A DNA stretch of 64,000 nucleotides from Chiloscyllium plagiosum (lineage: Eukaryota), in contig NC_057721.1 in the NCBI RefSeq assembly GCF_004010195.1, positions 43,967,761 through 44,031,760 of the forward strand, written 5' to 3'. A program made the position numbers and the translations under genes. The notes under the pieces were generated by a model, which saw only the letters and a list, made by a program, of their open reading frames with translations, searched no databases and was not told the origin of the DNA. Positions 25,703 to 38,944 of this stretch are shown here, piece by piece. Each line of letters begins with the position of its first letter. Position 1 is the first letter of the stretch.

Positions 25703-25994
25703 GTATGTTATTCTCAAAGTAATCCCAAAATTTGGAATTGATTAAATCATCGTGCAAACATTATTGAATGATCGATCCCTCCTCCTTCCCTTGGGTTAAG
25801 GGTGGTTTGGATGGAGTCACCTAGTGTTAGTGTGATTTAAATAGTGTTCACATTGAATGTTTCATAAACATTGCCATTTAATTGATTCTTGTCTTTGGCA
25901 GCTTCAAAAGTTAATTTTTACATTGAGTATAAAATTAAGCTAATGGGTTCCCTCCATGTTGACATGGCTTAAACTCTTATTCATCATCCCTAAT

Positions 25995-26310
25995 GGGGGA
26001 GGCAGTGATGTCTTGGTAAACTTCATCTCCTTGGAATCAGGATTACTAGCCCAATGTTCTGGGGCCACACATTCAAATCCAATCATGGCAGGTTGGTTGA
26101 AATTTGAATTCATTAATCTGGAATAACAAGTAGATACCGTGTGACCACTGTCAATTTTTTTTTTTAAAAGTCTAATTGGCTGTTGTCCTTCAGGAAGGAA
26201 AATCTGCCAACCTTGCCTGACTTGGCCTCCATGTGACTCCATACAGCTATGTGGTTGATTTTTTTTTTTAAACTGCCTTCTGGGCAATGAGGGATGGGCA
26301 ATACATGATG
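25995..26310 (+). mobile_element. SINE sharing its 3' tail with LINE family B
   Basis: ttcaaatcc B-box-like head; body homologous to 30810-31143; tail gggcaatgagggatgggcaata. Confidence 0.7.
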
Positions 26311-27091
26311 TAATCTTAAAAAATCACATGCTTACACCTTTACATCCAGTTGTAGGCAAAGGGAATAAAACATCCATGTATGGGGTCAAAAACCAGTTTG
26401 TTTTTTGTTGTGCATATATAAATTAAAAAAAAATAATTAGCAGAATGTAGTGTTATGTAGAAAGATGTTTAAAATGTAAAGTGTGAAATGTAACGTCGAT
26501 TATAAAATTTTAAGCAGTTTTATACAGAGGCATGTTAAGGAAGTGTAAGGGTCTGGTAATCTTTGCATGGGATACTATCAGATATGACACAAGATAAATA
26601 TTAATTCATTGACTTGAGAGCTGTTTTAAAATTGTTGTTTAGAACTTGCAAGCGTTGGAAGGGCATGATTCTTTTACTCTTTGCCTTGCATATATGAAAC
26701 AACAAGACTGAAAGAATTAAGTCGACGAGCAAGAAAAATAGTTTGGGGGTTAAAATAGTAGAAATCACTACTGGAGTTGGAGAGGATGGCTTAAAAATTC
26801 CTCATTGGTTAGCAATTACCTTGCAGCAACTCATGTTGATATTTAGATTTCAATAGGTGGTGAAAGGAGCGAAGGGTGTGAGAACACAGGAAGCATGCAG
26901 AATCAAATGGTCATGTGAAGAATGAGTACCATTACACAATGTAAACAAATTATTCAACCAACAAGACAATTAGTTTTTTGACCATAATAATTTGGGTCAC
27001 CCAGCTCAATGGTCCATCTTAGGACAGGTGGCAAAGTTCCAACTTCAACCATTAGCAGAATACTCCTTTCGAGAAGGCTTACTGAAGAGTA

Positions 27092-27412
27092 TATGGCGAC
27101 AGTGGTTAGCACTGCTGCCTCTCAGTGGCAGGGATCTGGGTTCAGTTCCACCCTTAAGTGACTCTGTGTGGAGTTTGTACGTTCTCCCCGTGTCTGCATG
27201 CTCCAGTTTTCAGGTGCAGTCCAAAGATATGTAGGTTAGATGACTGGTTAGTGTCCAGGGATGTGCAAGCTAGATGGATTAGCCATGGGAAATGTAAGGT
27301 TATAGGGAGAGGGCTGAGGATGGGTCTGGGTGGGATGGTCTTTGGAGGGTTGATGTGAATGTGATGGCTGAATGACTTGCCCACCCAGTAGGGATTCTGA
27401 TATTTTATGATT
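27092..27412 (+). mobile_element. tRNA-derived V-SINE (HE1-like)
   Basis: cagtggttagcactgctgcctctcag head, V-domain gtgtggagtttgtacgttctccccgtgtctgc, CR1-like tail. Confidence 0.85.
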
Positions 27413-27443
27413 TAAATAGTACAATGTTGCTTGTTTATTACAG

Positions 27444-27830
27444 CCCAGACATTAAATGTCTCTGCGATCGGCCAGAAACTCACCTTGAATAAAGGTGATG
27501 AAATTGATCTCATCTGCAACGTAACAGGAGTTGAAGACACACTGACAGTTGAAGTTTCCTGGTATTTCAGCGCATCTGCAGCAATGCATCCTCCAAGTGA
27601 TAAGGTCCTAGTGAGCTTTAACCGGGCAGCAGTGGTGAGCGGTACTGATTTTGTCACATTGACCAAGATTAGTAGCAGTGAGTACCGACTGAGAGTGCAA
27701 CAAATTGATGAAACAGACAGTGGATATTACTACTGTACAGCCTCGGTCTGGGTGCCATATACCAGTGAGAGCTGGCACCAAGCAGCAGAGGGAACATCCC
27801 GTCCAATTGGTGTCGATGTTGATATTTTAG
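27444..27830 (+). CDS. ptgfrn: PTGFRN coding exon 4 (Ig domain 3)
   Basis: Acceptor tttattacAG, donor G|GTAATT; 387 nt. LICNVT...VEVSWYFS...DSGYYYCTASVW. Confidence 0.94.
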
Positions 27831-29199
27831 GTAATTTAATTCTTCAGTATTTTACAAGTGCTAGAGTACTTAATTAAAGCCCATACATATGAAATTAGAA
27901 CATCCATAGAGAATGTCTTGTATTCTATTTTATCTGTTTGCCTTGGCACGTATATTACATGACACAGTATTAAAGTAGACAATATTCTATTTAAGCTTTT
28001 AATACAAAGTTGTCTTTGCTGGAACTGCAGGCAATGCACTTGCCACCCATGTAGTTTTTGTCTCCTGTCATTGCTAGTTAAGCCCTAGGCACCTTCTGGA
28101 ATCTAAGACCTGTGTCTATACATGACATTAGCTAAGTTTTTAATAAGTGCAACACTTTTATAATATGGTTTTTCCAAGCTTTTCATGTCAATTCAAATTC
28201 TGGGATTGTGAATTGCTTGCCAAACCCTCAATACTTGGCCACTCTGCTCGCTGGCTATCTTGTTTACCCATGCCTCCCTGTTCCCTTGTTTATCATTCCC
28301 CATAAGCAAAGAGTCTGCTGGCTAGTGACATGTCGACACTGGGAGTGGTGCAGCCAGGAAGGTTGTACCAAGGGGTGGTGAGCAAAGTAATAAGTGATCA
28401 GCCATGTGCATTGAGGTCAGTGCTTATGGGCAAAATGGGTACCGCCTCCAGTTCCATATGCCCATTGGCGTCAACGGCACTGACTTCCTGTCTCAGTGCA
28501 GCAGCAGGAGAGACAGCGTTTATGTACGGCTAACTCAAATTTACTATTGTTTTGTGACTAGTGATAGTTGTAAGTTGATTTTAAACCAGTATTGGGAAAA
28601 CCATTGAGAAGTAAATGCCCTTTTGAAAAGTGGCATCTCAAACTAAAGGATGTGAGGATGGATGCGAGCCTAACAAATATGGAAAATGTTGATCTCTGAC
28701 TATATCATGGAGTTCCTGACAGCATTGGAATGTTTAGAAATTGGGCTTCATGCCTAGGTCAACTCTTGCCAGAAACATGAGGAGCAAATACATACAATCG
28801 TGTCTGTGATTCTTGTTTTTAAAATCCCTGTTTTAATTGTGGGCCACAAAGAACGTGAATAATATGCCAGGGCCTACGAAGGAAGCCAGTAGCCCTGTGC
28901 TCCTTTTGAGATGGTGGATTAAATGTTTTCTTCTGTCGTCTCCACCTTCAGCCATTCACAAACACCCTTGACTCAGCTCATTTGGCTGTTTGCTGGGAGA
29001 GATTCTGAGGATCCCAGTAAAAGCCCACTTCTGCACTTGTCCCGCTTCTACCTGGTAGTGTTGCTGTGTTCAGGTAAAGCATTTTGTCCTCCATTTATTT
29101 AAATAAACCCTTGCAATCCATTTCCAAGTTGAGGCTTTTGATACCTAAACTGGCTTCAAGATAAAAATTTCCCTTCCAGGCTCACTCATTAAATCTGTA

Positions 29200-30330
29200 A
29201 ATAAGAGGAGGAGGAGTACATTTTGCATTCTCTCAAATTTGCTTCACATTTAATATGATAAAGGCTGACTTTTGGCCTCAACTTTAATATCTACTCATTC
29301 CTAGGTTCCCGGAGAGTCCAAACATCTGTCCGTCTTCATCTGAAATATATTCAAAGATGGAACATATACATTCTTAAGGCAAGAAATTGCATAGATTTGC
29401 AATCCTTTTGAATTAAGAAATTTATTCGCATCTCCAACCCAGATGTTCACTTCCATCTTGAGACAGTACTCTTCCTCTATAGATTCCCCAACTACCAACT
29501 AGGAAATGACCTTTTTTGTATCTATCCCCTTCAGCAGCTTGACTGTTTCAAAGAGATCACCGTCATTCTTCAAAATTCTCAAATGTAGGACCAATTTAAC
29601 CTAGTCATAGGATATTCCTGTTATTCCAGGAACCAACAAAGTGAATACGTGCTGGGCTACCTCCAGTGCAGTCCTGTTGTGGATGTGGAGACCAAAACTG
29701 CATGCAGTAGTCTCCAAAGGCTTATACAATTATAAAACTTTACAAGCAAGGCTTTCTTGATACAAGGCAACTGTTGTAATAAAACAGAAGCCAGCAAGCT
29801 ATTTGCTTATCTAATTACTTGCTGTATCTGAGTGCCAACTTTGTAATCTTTGCATAAATACACCCGAGTCCCTGTGAATATTATTTGCAAGTTCTGCTCT
29901 TTTAACGATCTTCTGATTTTCCATTCCATCCCCATCAAAGGGAGCACTTGTTGCTCACTCATTTGAATCTAGTTATTATCTCCTCTTCCTCTTTGTTTCC
30001 ACCTTGCAGTCTAGCTTTGTATTGTCAGCAAACTTTAGATTTTTTTTTGCTGTCTGTTCTGCTAAATCATCAATATAGAGTGGAAATATTTGAGGCCCTG
30101 GCACTGATCCTTGTGGCCTTACACAGTCATAGTCTGCTGACTGGAAAACTCTCCATTTTATTCCTAATCGTTGCCCGCTTAACCAATGCATTACCTTAAC
30201 TCTTCCTGGCGTTGTATTGAATGCTTTTTGGAAGCTCCGATTTTACTACTGGTCCTCCTATTAGCAACCTTGCTAGTTGCATCCTGATAAATGTTCTAAT
30301 AAATTTGTGAAACATGATTTCTCTGTTTTA
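29200..30330 (-). mobile_element. Decayed CR1 RT and 3' region
   Basis: ORF 29976-30191: WLSGQR...PQGSVPGP...LYIDDL...KFADNTKL. Confidence 0.8.
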
Positions 30331-30809
30331 ACAATGCACTTAGAGAAAAAAAATCACCTTGGATTCCAGTAGGTTCCCAACAGTTTGAGAGTCTAACTGA
30401 TCTTTGGTTCCTGGTTTTTTTTGCTCTGAGGACAGTTGCACTTGTACTACACTTTTGCCTGATCACTGCCAGTGTCTGATCATGCATTGGATCTCCAGGT
30501 TCAGGCAACATTTACATTTTGAAACTGCAGTTTCAGTGTGAATGTGTTGTAATGTTTTCTTGTGGCAGAGTTTGTTTGTTCATGGGTTAGTGTGGCCCAT
30601 GTTGCACGTTTTTTGTTTTCCTCAGTTACTTTTGAAATAATTTAATTTTTCCCACAATTCTTTGCATCTTGATGGAACATTTTGAAACTCTGGCATGCAA
30701 AGAGTTCCCTTTAACAATCTGCAAACAAGTCTGGAGATTCAGACCTGGATATAAAAATGCTGTTCTAAGTGGAGTGTGCTTCTAACACAGTTTTCACACT
30801 GAACCTGTT

Positions 30810-31143
30810 TACTGATGATAAATTAATCCAGTGATCCAGATAATGTTCTGGGGACCCAGATTGGAATCCCACCATAGCAAATGGTGGAAATTGAATTTAG
30901 TTGAAAAAGTACTGGAATTAAGAGTCTAATGATGGCCACGAATCCATTGTTGGAAAAACCAGTTTGGTTCACTAATGTCCTTTTTTAGGGAAGGAAACCA
31001 CCATCCTTGCTATAGATCTAGCCTACATGTGACTCCAGACCCACCGTAATGTGGTTGACTTTTAATTGTCTTCTGGAAATTTAAGTATCAGCAATAAATG
31101 CTGGCTTAGCCAGTGACGCCCACATCCCATGAACATATTTTTA
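30810..31143 (+). mobile_element. SINE sharing its 3' tail with LINE family B
   Basis: taatgttctggggacccag...aatcccacc...cctacatgtgactccagaccc...gcaataaatgctggcttagccagtgacgcccacatcccatgaa. Confidence 0.8.
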
Positions 31144-31277
31144 AAAATACAACTGCAATTTGTCAACACTTTTTCAAGTAGTTACCTATATAATCACTTA
31201 TTAGTGGAATGAACTGTATCATTTGAACTTTTTTTAAAGTGTATAACTCATAATCTACATTTTAATTGCTTCTGCAG

Positions 31278-31700
31278 ATCCTACATACACTGTTCAGTTA
31301 AAATCCATCAAGGTACCTAGCTCTTCAGGGGAGTCAGCTGAGCTTGAGTGCCGGGTGTTGGACTTACAAAATGCAGATGACACAAAGCTGACTGTAGCCT
31401 GGTATGTCAGCCCAAAACAGCTGATTGGAACTTCTGAAGTGACAGTGCCTATAGCAACAATGGATCCAGATTGGACACTACAGTTGTTTGATGAATATGT
31501 TGAGCGTGCAGAAAAGGGAGAGATCATTTTTATGAAATCTGAACTACATACTTTCAAGTTTCAGATGCAGCAGGCTTTACCCTCTGATAGAGGAAAGTAT
31601 TTTTGCAATGTTACTGCTCAGATTAAACAACGAGGTAACACATGGTTAAAAAAACAAGAAGTCTCTTCACTTGCCATTGATATTGACTGGAAAACCGAAG
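31278..31700 (+). CDS. ptgfrn: PTGFRN coding exon 5 (Ig domain 4)
   Basis: Acceptor gcttctgcAG, donor G|GTAAAA; 423 nt. DPTYTVQL...AELECRVLD...LTVAWY...DRGKYFCNVTA. Confidence 0.94.
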
Positions 31701-32197
31701 GTAAAATATTTCAACAGTTCTTTTGTAAGGTCTCCTCTGCTCTTTTTTTTTTTAGAAAGTCTGATGTTTGGCTGTGTATATAAAAGTCTTTGAAAATAGA
31801 GAGAGAAAATTAAAATTGATCAACACTTGTAAGTGCTAATGTAGACAAGATAAAACTGTTAGATGTTGCTTTCGGTTGTTAAACAGGCTAATATTGGCTG
31901 GGTCTAGTGAATTTATTCTTTTCCATGCTACCACCACCTACAGAATTTCTTGGCCTTTATTTATTTTTCATAATTGTGGGACATTGGGAGAGTGCAGTGT
32001 GGGTTACTATGGGTGGTAATTGTCAAAATTCTTTTTCCACTAAGCAGAATGTTCTGCACACTCTGGAACAATTTGTGACCAAAGTTGGTGTGTATTAGAC
32101 ATCAGATAAATTGTCTTTTAGATTATAACAACTGGTTTAGAATTATGAAGACCTTATCTTTTTAATTGCACTTAATAGCATTTCCTTTCTTTCATAG

Positions 32198-32611
32198 ATC
32201 CAAGCCTAAGTATTACAGCAATAGAGGAGAAACCAGTATCCACACGAGGCAACACTTTTGAGATGATCTGTAGAGTTTCTGCAGAGCATGTTGAAGTTCC
32301 TCATTATTCTGTGGCTATAGCAATGAATGAACCAACTTTTATGGACACACAACACAGTAAAAAACTTATTTCATTGACTCGGGACTCGGTGGTCAAATTG
32401 GAGAGATGGGATGACAAGGACCGATCAGAAGATGTTGTTTTGGAAAAAGTTGGTGGTGATGAGTTCCGTTTCCGTCTGTACAGGACTCAGTTTTCCGATG
32501 AGGGATCGTATTATTGTATTGTCCAAGCTTGGGCTCCAGATACAAATGGACAGTGGTCTGAAATAGTTACAAATTCATCCAACACTGTTGTTGTCACCTT
32601 TAAAACAGCGG
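32198..32611 (+). CDS. ptgfrn: PTGFRN coding exon 6 (Ig domain 5)
   Basis: Acceptor tttctttcatAG, donor G|GTAAGT; 414 nt. RGNTFEMICRVS...DSVVKLERW...VVLEKVGGDEFRFRLYRTQFSDEGSYYC. Confidence 0.96.
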
Positions 32612-32775
32612 GTAAGTTCTGAATTTAGTTTAATCAAATTATTGACAATCCTCAGCAGATAAGTTGCTGTGTCTTTCAGATGTGGTTTAATAGAGGACTG
32701 CTGAGTATAAAACCAAAGTAGCAGTCTTTCTAACGCAGGGATGATTTGAATGTTTTACAACCTAGAAAACATACA

Positions 32776-32978
32776 CAGGGAGTCCCTGATTTGTGAATGT
32801 CCACACTTAAAATTATACCCCTGTAATTAAAATATTCATAAAAGATCCAACATATGAACACTTCCTGTCCTTGTGAATGATTCCTTTCAAGTTATCCTGC
32901 ATTGTGTTCTGATTTTGCCTTAAAATTGAAATGCAAACAGACCCAAGAATGGAACCCGTTCACACCCCAGAGACTCTG
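32776..32978. mobile_element. Tigger/pogo-like MITE (diverged)
   Basis: Begins CAGGGAGTCCCTGATTTGTGAA and ends GTTCACACCCCAGAGACTCTG-TA; imperfect TIRs. Confidence 0.5.
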
Positions 32979-34849
32979 TAATCTCTTTTGCAGTCCAAAT
33001 GTTACATCTGTTTTCAGAAGCCGATGTTATCTTTTGTTTTGCCTGCATTCAATTGTGGGAATTCAAGTTCCATCAGATTTGAATTTTGTTTCCAAGTTAA
33101 AAATTTTAACAGCACTGAAACTTTGAAAATGTTTTAAGTATTATAAATTAACCCCGAAGTCCTAATGAAGCTTCAATGTGACCAAAACTCGTTAAACAAA
33201 TCTTTAGCACTTTAATAAAAAGGCAATGGAGGGGATGGAGATTAGATTGGAATAGTTGATTTTTGCAAATGTGTGAATTTGCTAAAAGTACAGTGCAATT
33301 TGTTTTTAAACTGTTGACCATGCATCAGTTTTATTTTTGAGCACTCAATATTTAATCTGTAAATGACTAATCTAGTTCCTGTATTATCAGCATCTTCAGT
33401 TGCTGTGGTCAAATTTTTAACCTGGATATGTTTTTGAAACACACTCTAGATTCCTGAAATAATTAACAGAAAACTATAATTATTACTACATGTGATTTGA
33501 GGTTTCTGGGTTGTCATGAGGTGGCAATGTAATTTTACCCTACACTGGTATTTTAGACGCTATATTATTTCCAGAATCTCTGCATCAGTGCACATAGTTT
33601 CAGTTGTGGCTGCCCAGTTTAGCTTTTATAGGTGAATATTCTGCCAGTGAAATTGTTGGTGGCATGTTATTTAGTACAGAATAAGGGAAATGCTGTTTTT
33701 AATCAAGTTGCAACTCCCACCACTAAAAAGATGCAGGTTTTCCTTTTTTATTCTAGAGCTGCAATACGTGTGGTTACCACAGAGTTCAAATTAATTTGTT
33801 ACTGATTCAAATGTAATTGTTCGTTCTTCACCTTGTGGAGTATCTAATTCAGCCCAGTTGAGGAAATAGAAGTATTCTGAATCAGCACTAAATAGTACAG
33901 AATGTTTTAGAACATTTGACTTGGCATACCGTAACTAACCATTTGTAACATCAAGCTGTACGGACTGGAAGTTTTCAGATTGAATTAGCTATGTGCTTGG
34001 GCTTGGCTGTAAAGGTTTACACAATTCGCCCGGCTGTCCATTCCCATTCAAAAAAAAACACTGCATCAGAAAGTGTCCTTCATAAATTTGGTTGGAAATT
34101 TTTGGCCAATGAAGAAAAGACATTTTGAAAGATTAAGTTGGAGGTTAGCCTGTGGCAACCGAACTGCATGCCAGCAGAGTTCAATGCCTTCAGTGGAGGA
34201 CAGGTTGGGAGAAAGTGTTTTTAAAAAGTGTTTCACTCTTTGACCTATGTTCAATGCTGCTGACCACTGGCAGTAAATGCACCCTCTTAATTTGGTTCAT
34301 GGGTCATATGTAACTATGTAAACAAGTCAGAAGGTAGAGCTGGTTTCCTATTTAACAACCCCTTGGCTGCAAAAGATGCTTTTTTCTTTAGAATGTGGTG
34401 GTCCTGCTTACATTTTAATTTTTAATTAGATTAAAATGAAGGGGCCAAATTACAAGCCTTTCTTGAAAGAGGGATTTTATTGCCTCCTAATGCTCAAACT
34501 TAGATAATGACGAATGTTGTTTTGTTTTTGTGTGTTTGTTTGCGAAGTTAGATTTTTTTCAACCTGAGGCCATTTGTTTAATGGTTGACTTGCACCCTAC
34601 AGCAGTGGTGACATTTTTATGGATTCTGCATTCTCAGCAAATAATTATCCTAAGTTCCTTTTAAGTACTTATCGGATGCTCCTTTGAGATTGTGACAGAC
34701 TTTTGTTGGTTCATTTTCTTTTCCTTTTCCTCTTCCTCTGCTTTGCTCAAGTGGCTATTGATGTAAGACAGTTTGTATATTTGTGTCAGATCCATCATCT
34801 TTTCAGGCTGATTACTCTCCAGACAACCTTTTCATCTCTGAATTTATCA

Positions 34850-37305
34850 TGCTAGTGTGAGCTTATAAGCAGAAGCTGAAACAGGGGGATCCTATACAAA
34901 GTATCACAGTGCTGGTCTGAGACGTGGAAGAGCTTCTATGGGACTGCTTAGAATCAATGGACTGGCCCATATTCAAAACTTAGCGGATAACCTAGACAAG
35001 TATTCCACCATTGTCACGGACTTCATTAGCAAATGCAGAAAACTGAGTGCCAAATAAATCATTCCGTGTTCTCCAATTGGAAACATTGGTTAAATTGGGA
35101 AATCCATTGTTGACTGAAGACTATAATTAAACAGGACTATGGCATTCAAATTACATGACCCAGACTTTTACAGAAAACCTAGATCTGACCTCTGCAAAGC
35201 CATCAGAGATGCCAAGAGGTAGTACCAGACCTAGTTAGAGGCCCAAACCAACCATACGTACACTGGTCTGTTGCAAGGCCTACACAACATAACTGGATAC
35301 AAAATGGAGCAGAGCACAATAGAGACATCCTCCCTGATGTGCTGAAAATGCTTTCAGTTTGAACAGAAAGTCAGCGGCATGGTATCACCTGCCCAGACAG
35401 CCCCAGGTGCACCTGTTCCCTCTGTCCCCGCTGCAGACATCCGATTTGGTCTCTGATTAAACCCGAGAAAAGCTGCTGACCCAGACGGAGTCCCCAGCCA
35501 TGCACTTAGAACTTGTGCAGAACTTATGGCAGTGGTACTCACTAACCTCTTCAGCCTCTCCTTGCTACAAACCAAAGACCACCATCCCAGTACCAAAGAA
35601 AACACGTTTAAAGTGCCTTAATGATTACTGTCCAGTGCTTAGAGAGGCTTGTTATAGCCCACATCAACTCCTATTCTCCCTGACTGCTTTGCTCCCCTGC
35701 AATTTGCCTACTGACATAACCGGTCCACAGTAGGTGCAGTTTTGTCGCCCTGTGCTCATCCCTGAAACATCTGGACAACAGGAATACCTATGTCAGACTC
35801 CTACTTGTGGATTACAGTTCTACCTTCAATATCATTATCCCTTCCAGACTAATCTCAAAAACCTGGGTCTCAGCTCTGCCCTCTGCAACTGGATCCTCAG
35901 CTTCCTGACCCACAGACAACAGCACCCTCCTTCACGATAATCCCCAAAGCTGGTGCCACCCCCCCCCAAAAAAAATGTGAGCTCGGCCCCCTACCTTACT
36001 CCTGTACACCCATGACACTGTTGCCCAAGTCCGTACGAAGTAGTTGAATAATCTGAGTACCACCGTGGTAGATGGATATCAAACAACGATGAGTCAGAAT
36101 ACAGGGAGAGTTTGAAGACTTGATGGTGCAATGATAACATTGTCAATGTCAACAAAACGAAGGAACTGATCATTCTTTTCAAGAAGAAAGGAGGAGGACA
36201 CTCCTCTATCTACATCAATGGAGCAGAGGTGGAGTTGAGGAGTGTCAAGTTCCTAGGAGTGACAATAACTGACCATCTGTTCTGGACCTCCCACGTAGAT
36301 GGTGGTCAAGAAAGCGCAACAACACCACCCCTTCCTCAGGTGGCTTATGAAATTCAGCATGTCCATAAGGACCCTCCTCCAACTTCTACACATGCACCAT
36401 CAAAAGCCTTCTATTTGGGTGCATAACAGCCTGGTATAGCCACTACTCTTCCCAGGACCATAAGAAACCATACAAGGCTGTGTACATGGCCTAGATAATC
36501 ATGGAAGCCAACCTCCAATCTATGGACTCCATCTACATTTCTCACTGCCACAGAAAGGCTGCCAACATCAAGAATATGTGCTACCCAGTAATGCGCTCTC
36601 CCAACCTCTTCCATCAGGCAGGAGATACGGAAGCATTGAACACTCTCCAACTGGTTCAAGAACAGCTGCTTCCCTGCTGTTAGACTGCTGAATGAATTTC
36701 TCCAACTTCAAATGTTGATCTTGCTGGTGGTGATCTTACTTTGCATGTCTCCTGTGCAGCCGTAACCTTGTATGTCTCACTTTGTCTAAGCACCCTATGA
36801 TCTGTATAATCTTGTTTGCTATGATCTGCCTGTATTGCTTGCAAAACAAAGCTTTTCTCTCTAAGTACGGTATATACTTGAGTAATAGTCGGTTCGCTTT
36901 ACTACTACTTAAGGTTAAATTTTATGGGGTCGACTATTACTTGGATACGACTCGGGCTGAAATTCATGCCCGTCAAAATTCATACTGTATCACTAGCAGA
37001 AGCCCAACTGAACTCCAAATAAATTATGATAATTATGAAAACCTGGAGCGGAACAAACAGCCAGTGGACAGGAAGACCAGAAATGGAGTGGAACAACCAG
37101 CAGATTGGAAAGCTAGAGTGGGATGTGACAGTTGCCACATTAACTTATAAATGTTGATCTGTTATCGGTGAAGAACTAGGGTCGACCTTTACACTACTTG
37201 GAAAATTCCAAGTTATTTGGTCAAAAATGGGGGAGGAGTCTACTTTTACATTAGATCAACTATTACTGGAGTATATATGGCACATGTGTCTACAATAAAT
37301 CAAAT
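34850..37305 (+). mobile_element. Decayed Rex1/Babar LINE, with its tail interrupted by a MITE
   Basis: [70 protein letters not shown]. Tail gcttttc...[MITE]...acatgtg..caataaatcaaa. Confidence 0.85.
36868..37280. mobile_element. Tc1/mariner-pogo MITE
   Basis: TA|CGGTATATACTTGAGTAATAGTCG ... CAACTATTACTGGAGTATATATGG|CA. TIRs match at 19/24; internal GTCGAC-containing subterminal repeats. Confidence 0.8.
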
Positions 37306-37442
37306 TGAAACAAGATTTTCTTGATGCTGGCTTGGTCATTGTTTTGTATTTGTTCATTTATGGTATATGGTTATCACTAGCCAAGCCAGCATTTATTTTG
37401 TCTCTAGTTATAAATGATTTCACTATCTTCCCAGGTACGTAC

Positions 37443-37720
37443 ACTGCTCCTTCATCAGGTGGTTGTGGAGTACACAGTTGTAAGCCACAGAATTTATAGC
37501 AAAAGTTTAGTGTGATGTAACTGAAGTTATACATTGAAAAATACCTTGATTGTTTGTTGAGTCTCTCTCATATGTTAGAATGACCTTGTTAGTTAACCTG
37601 AGGATGTAACTTTGTAAATCACACTTTTTTTTTTTGAAAGTTAAATTCTCAGGTTAACTAACATGGTCTTTAACAGATGAGCAACTCAACATTGGCATTA
37701 AGAAGTGTTACGTCACAATC
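37443..37720 (-). mobile_element. Penelope family 2 pLTR fragment with partial hammerhead
   Basis: ctgctccttcatcaggtggttg at 37444-37465 is identical to 46812-46833. The far boundary is uncertain. Confidence 0.6.
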
Positions 37721-37774
37721 CGGGTGCCATTTTGAATAACAAAAAAAAATTACTTAAATGGAGTTCATCTTCTG

Positions 37775-38190
37775 TTCAAACTGGGTCTCAAGCCCTTGAG
37801 ACGGTGATGGTGAGCTGCTGCCTTGAACCACGGCAGTCCATATGCCATAAGTTGACCCCAGTGACCTTGAGGGAATTTCAGGATTTCAAACCAGAGACCG
37901 TGAAGGAATGGCAATGTATTCCCAATTTGGGATGTTGAGTGGCTTGGAGGGGAACTTGTGGGAAGTGGTGTTCCCATGTATCTGTGCTCTTGTCCTTCCA
38001 GATGGAAGTGAGTTTGGGTTTGGAAAATGCTGTCTAAGGCACTTTGCTGAATTTCTACAGTGCATCCTGTAGATAGTAAGAGCGTGTGCACTGAGTATTG
38101 ATAGTGGAGGAATTGAATGCTTGTGGAGGTGTTAGTTAAGCAGGCTGTGTTGTCCTGGATGGTGTCAAGCTTCCTGAGTGCTTGTTAGCC
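37775..38190 (-). mobile_element. CR1/L2-like LINE family B 3' fragment
   Basis: Reverse complement of the 205-625 family. Confidence 0.75.
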
Positions 38191-38530
38191 CAGTCAAATT
38201 CCACTGTCTTTGGATGACTTTGTAATTTCAGTGTAGATGGGTTTTGTGCATCTAATTGGTTTATTAAAACTTGTCTCAATCTCAGGCCAGGGGATCATGG
38301 TTACTTTAGGTAATTATCTTTTTTTTTAAACAAAAGTCACGTTTTAGTTCACGAAAGTCTCTGTTAAAAATTGGATTTTCAACATTTCAACTCCCATCAT
38401 CTATTGTCGTGACCTATGTTAGAAGGAAGACAAGTACTTTGAATGGAATTTCAAAGTTTAAAGCTGCACTCAGTAAATAATTTGAGGATAATAAAATAAA
38501 CCATTGCTTGTCTCTTATCTTGCTTTGCAG

Positions 38531-38638
38531 CCCCTCAATTTAATGTGTCTTTACAATCTGAGAAGCCTCATGTATTCCAAGGCGAGACTATGGAAATGAC
38601 TTGCACTGTTGATCTATCGGACATACCTAACAACTCAG
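38531..38638 (+). CDS. ptgfrn: PTGFRN coding exon 7 (N-terminal half of Ig domain 6)
   Basis: Acceptor cttgctttgcAG, donor G|GTAACC; 108 nt. APQFNVSLQSEKPHVFQGETMEMTCTVDLSDIPNNS supplies the B-strand Cys that is missing from the next exon. Confidence 0.9.
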
Positions 38639-38944
38639 GTAACCTTAGCAGGCCCATCACGGAGGTCTGTACTAACTTTCTAAGAATGTACCCAGAAGGT
38701 TCATGGTTTCAAGCAGATGATGTTTGAAATCTTCAGGCAAGCATACTTCCATTTCAGCTGCTGTGTTTCTCTGGAATTTGCCACTTGTTCCGCCTCACTC
38801 CTCTCCTCCTCCTGCTCTCTGTATATCTCTGATGCAATGAATATTGAAGGAAAAATGAGTCCCTATTCAGGCAAAGTGACCCATCATATCTATAACCAGG
38901 GCCCAAGCAGCCAAGACTCTCTTTTTTTTTTAGTTCCTCTGTTA

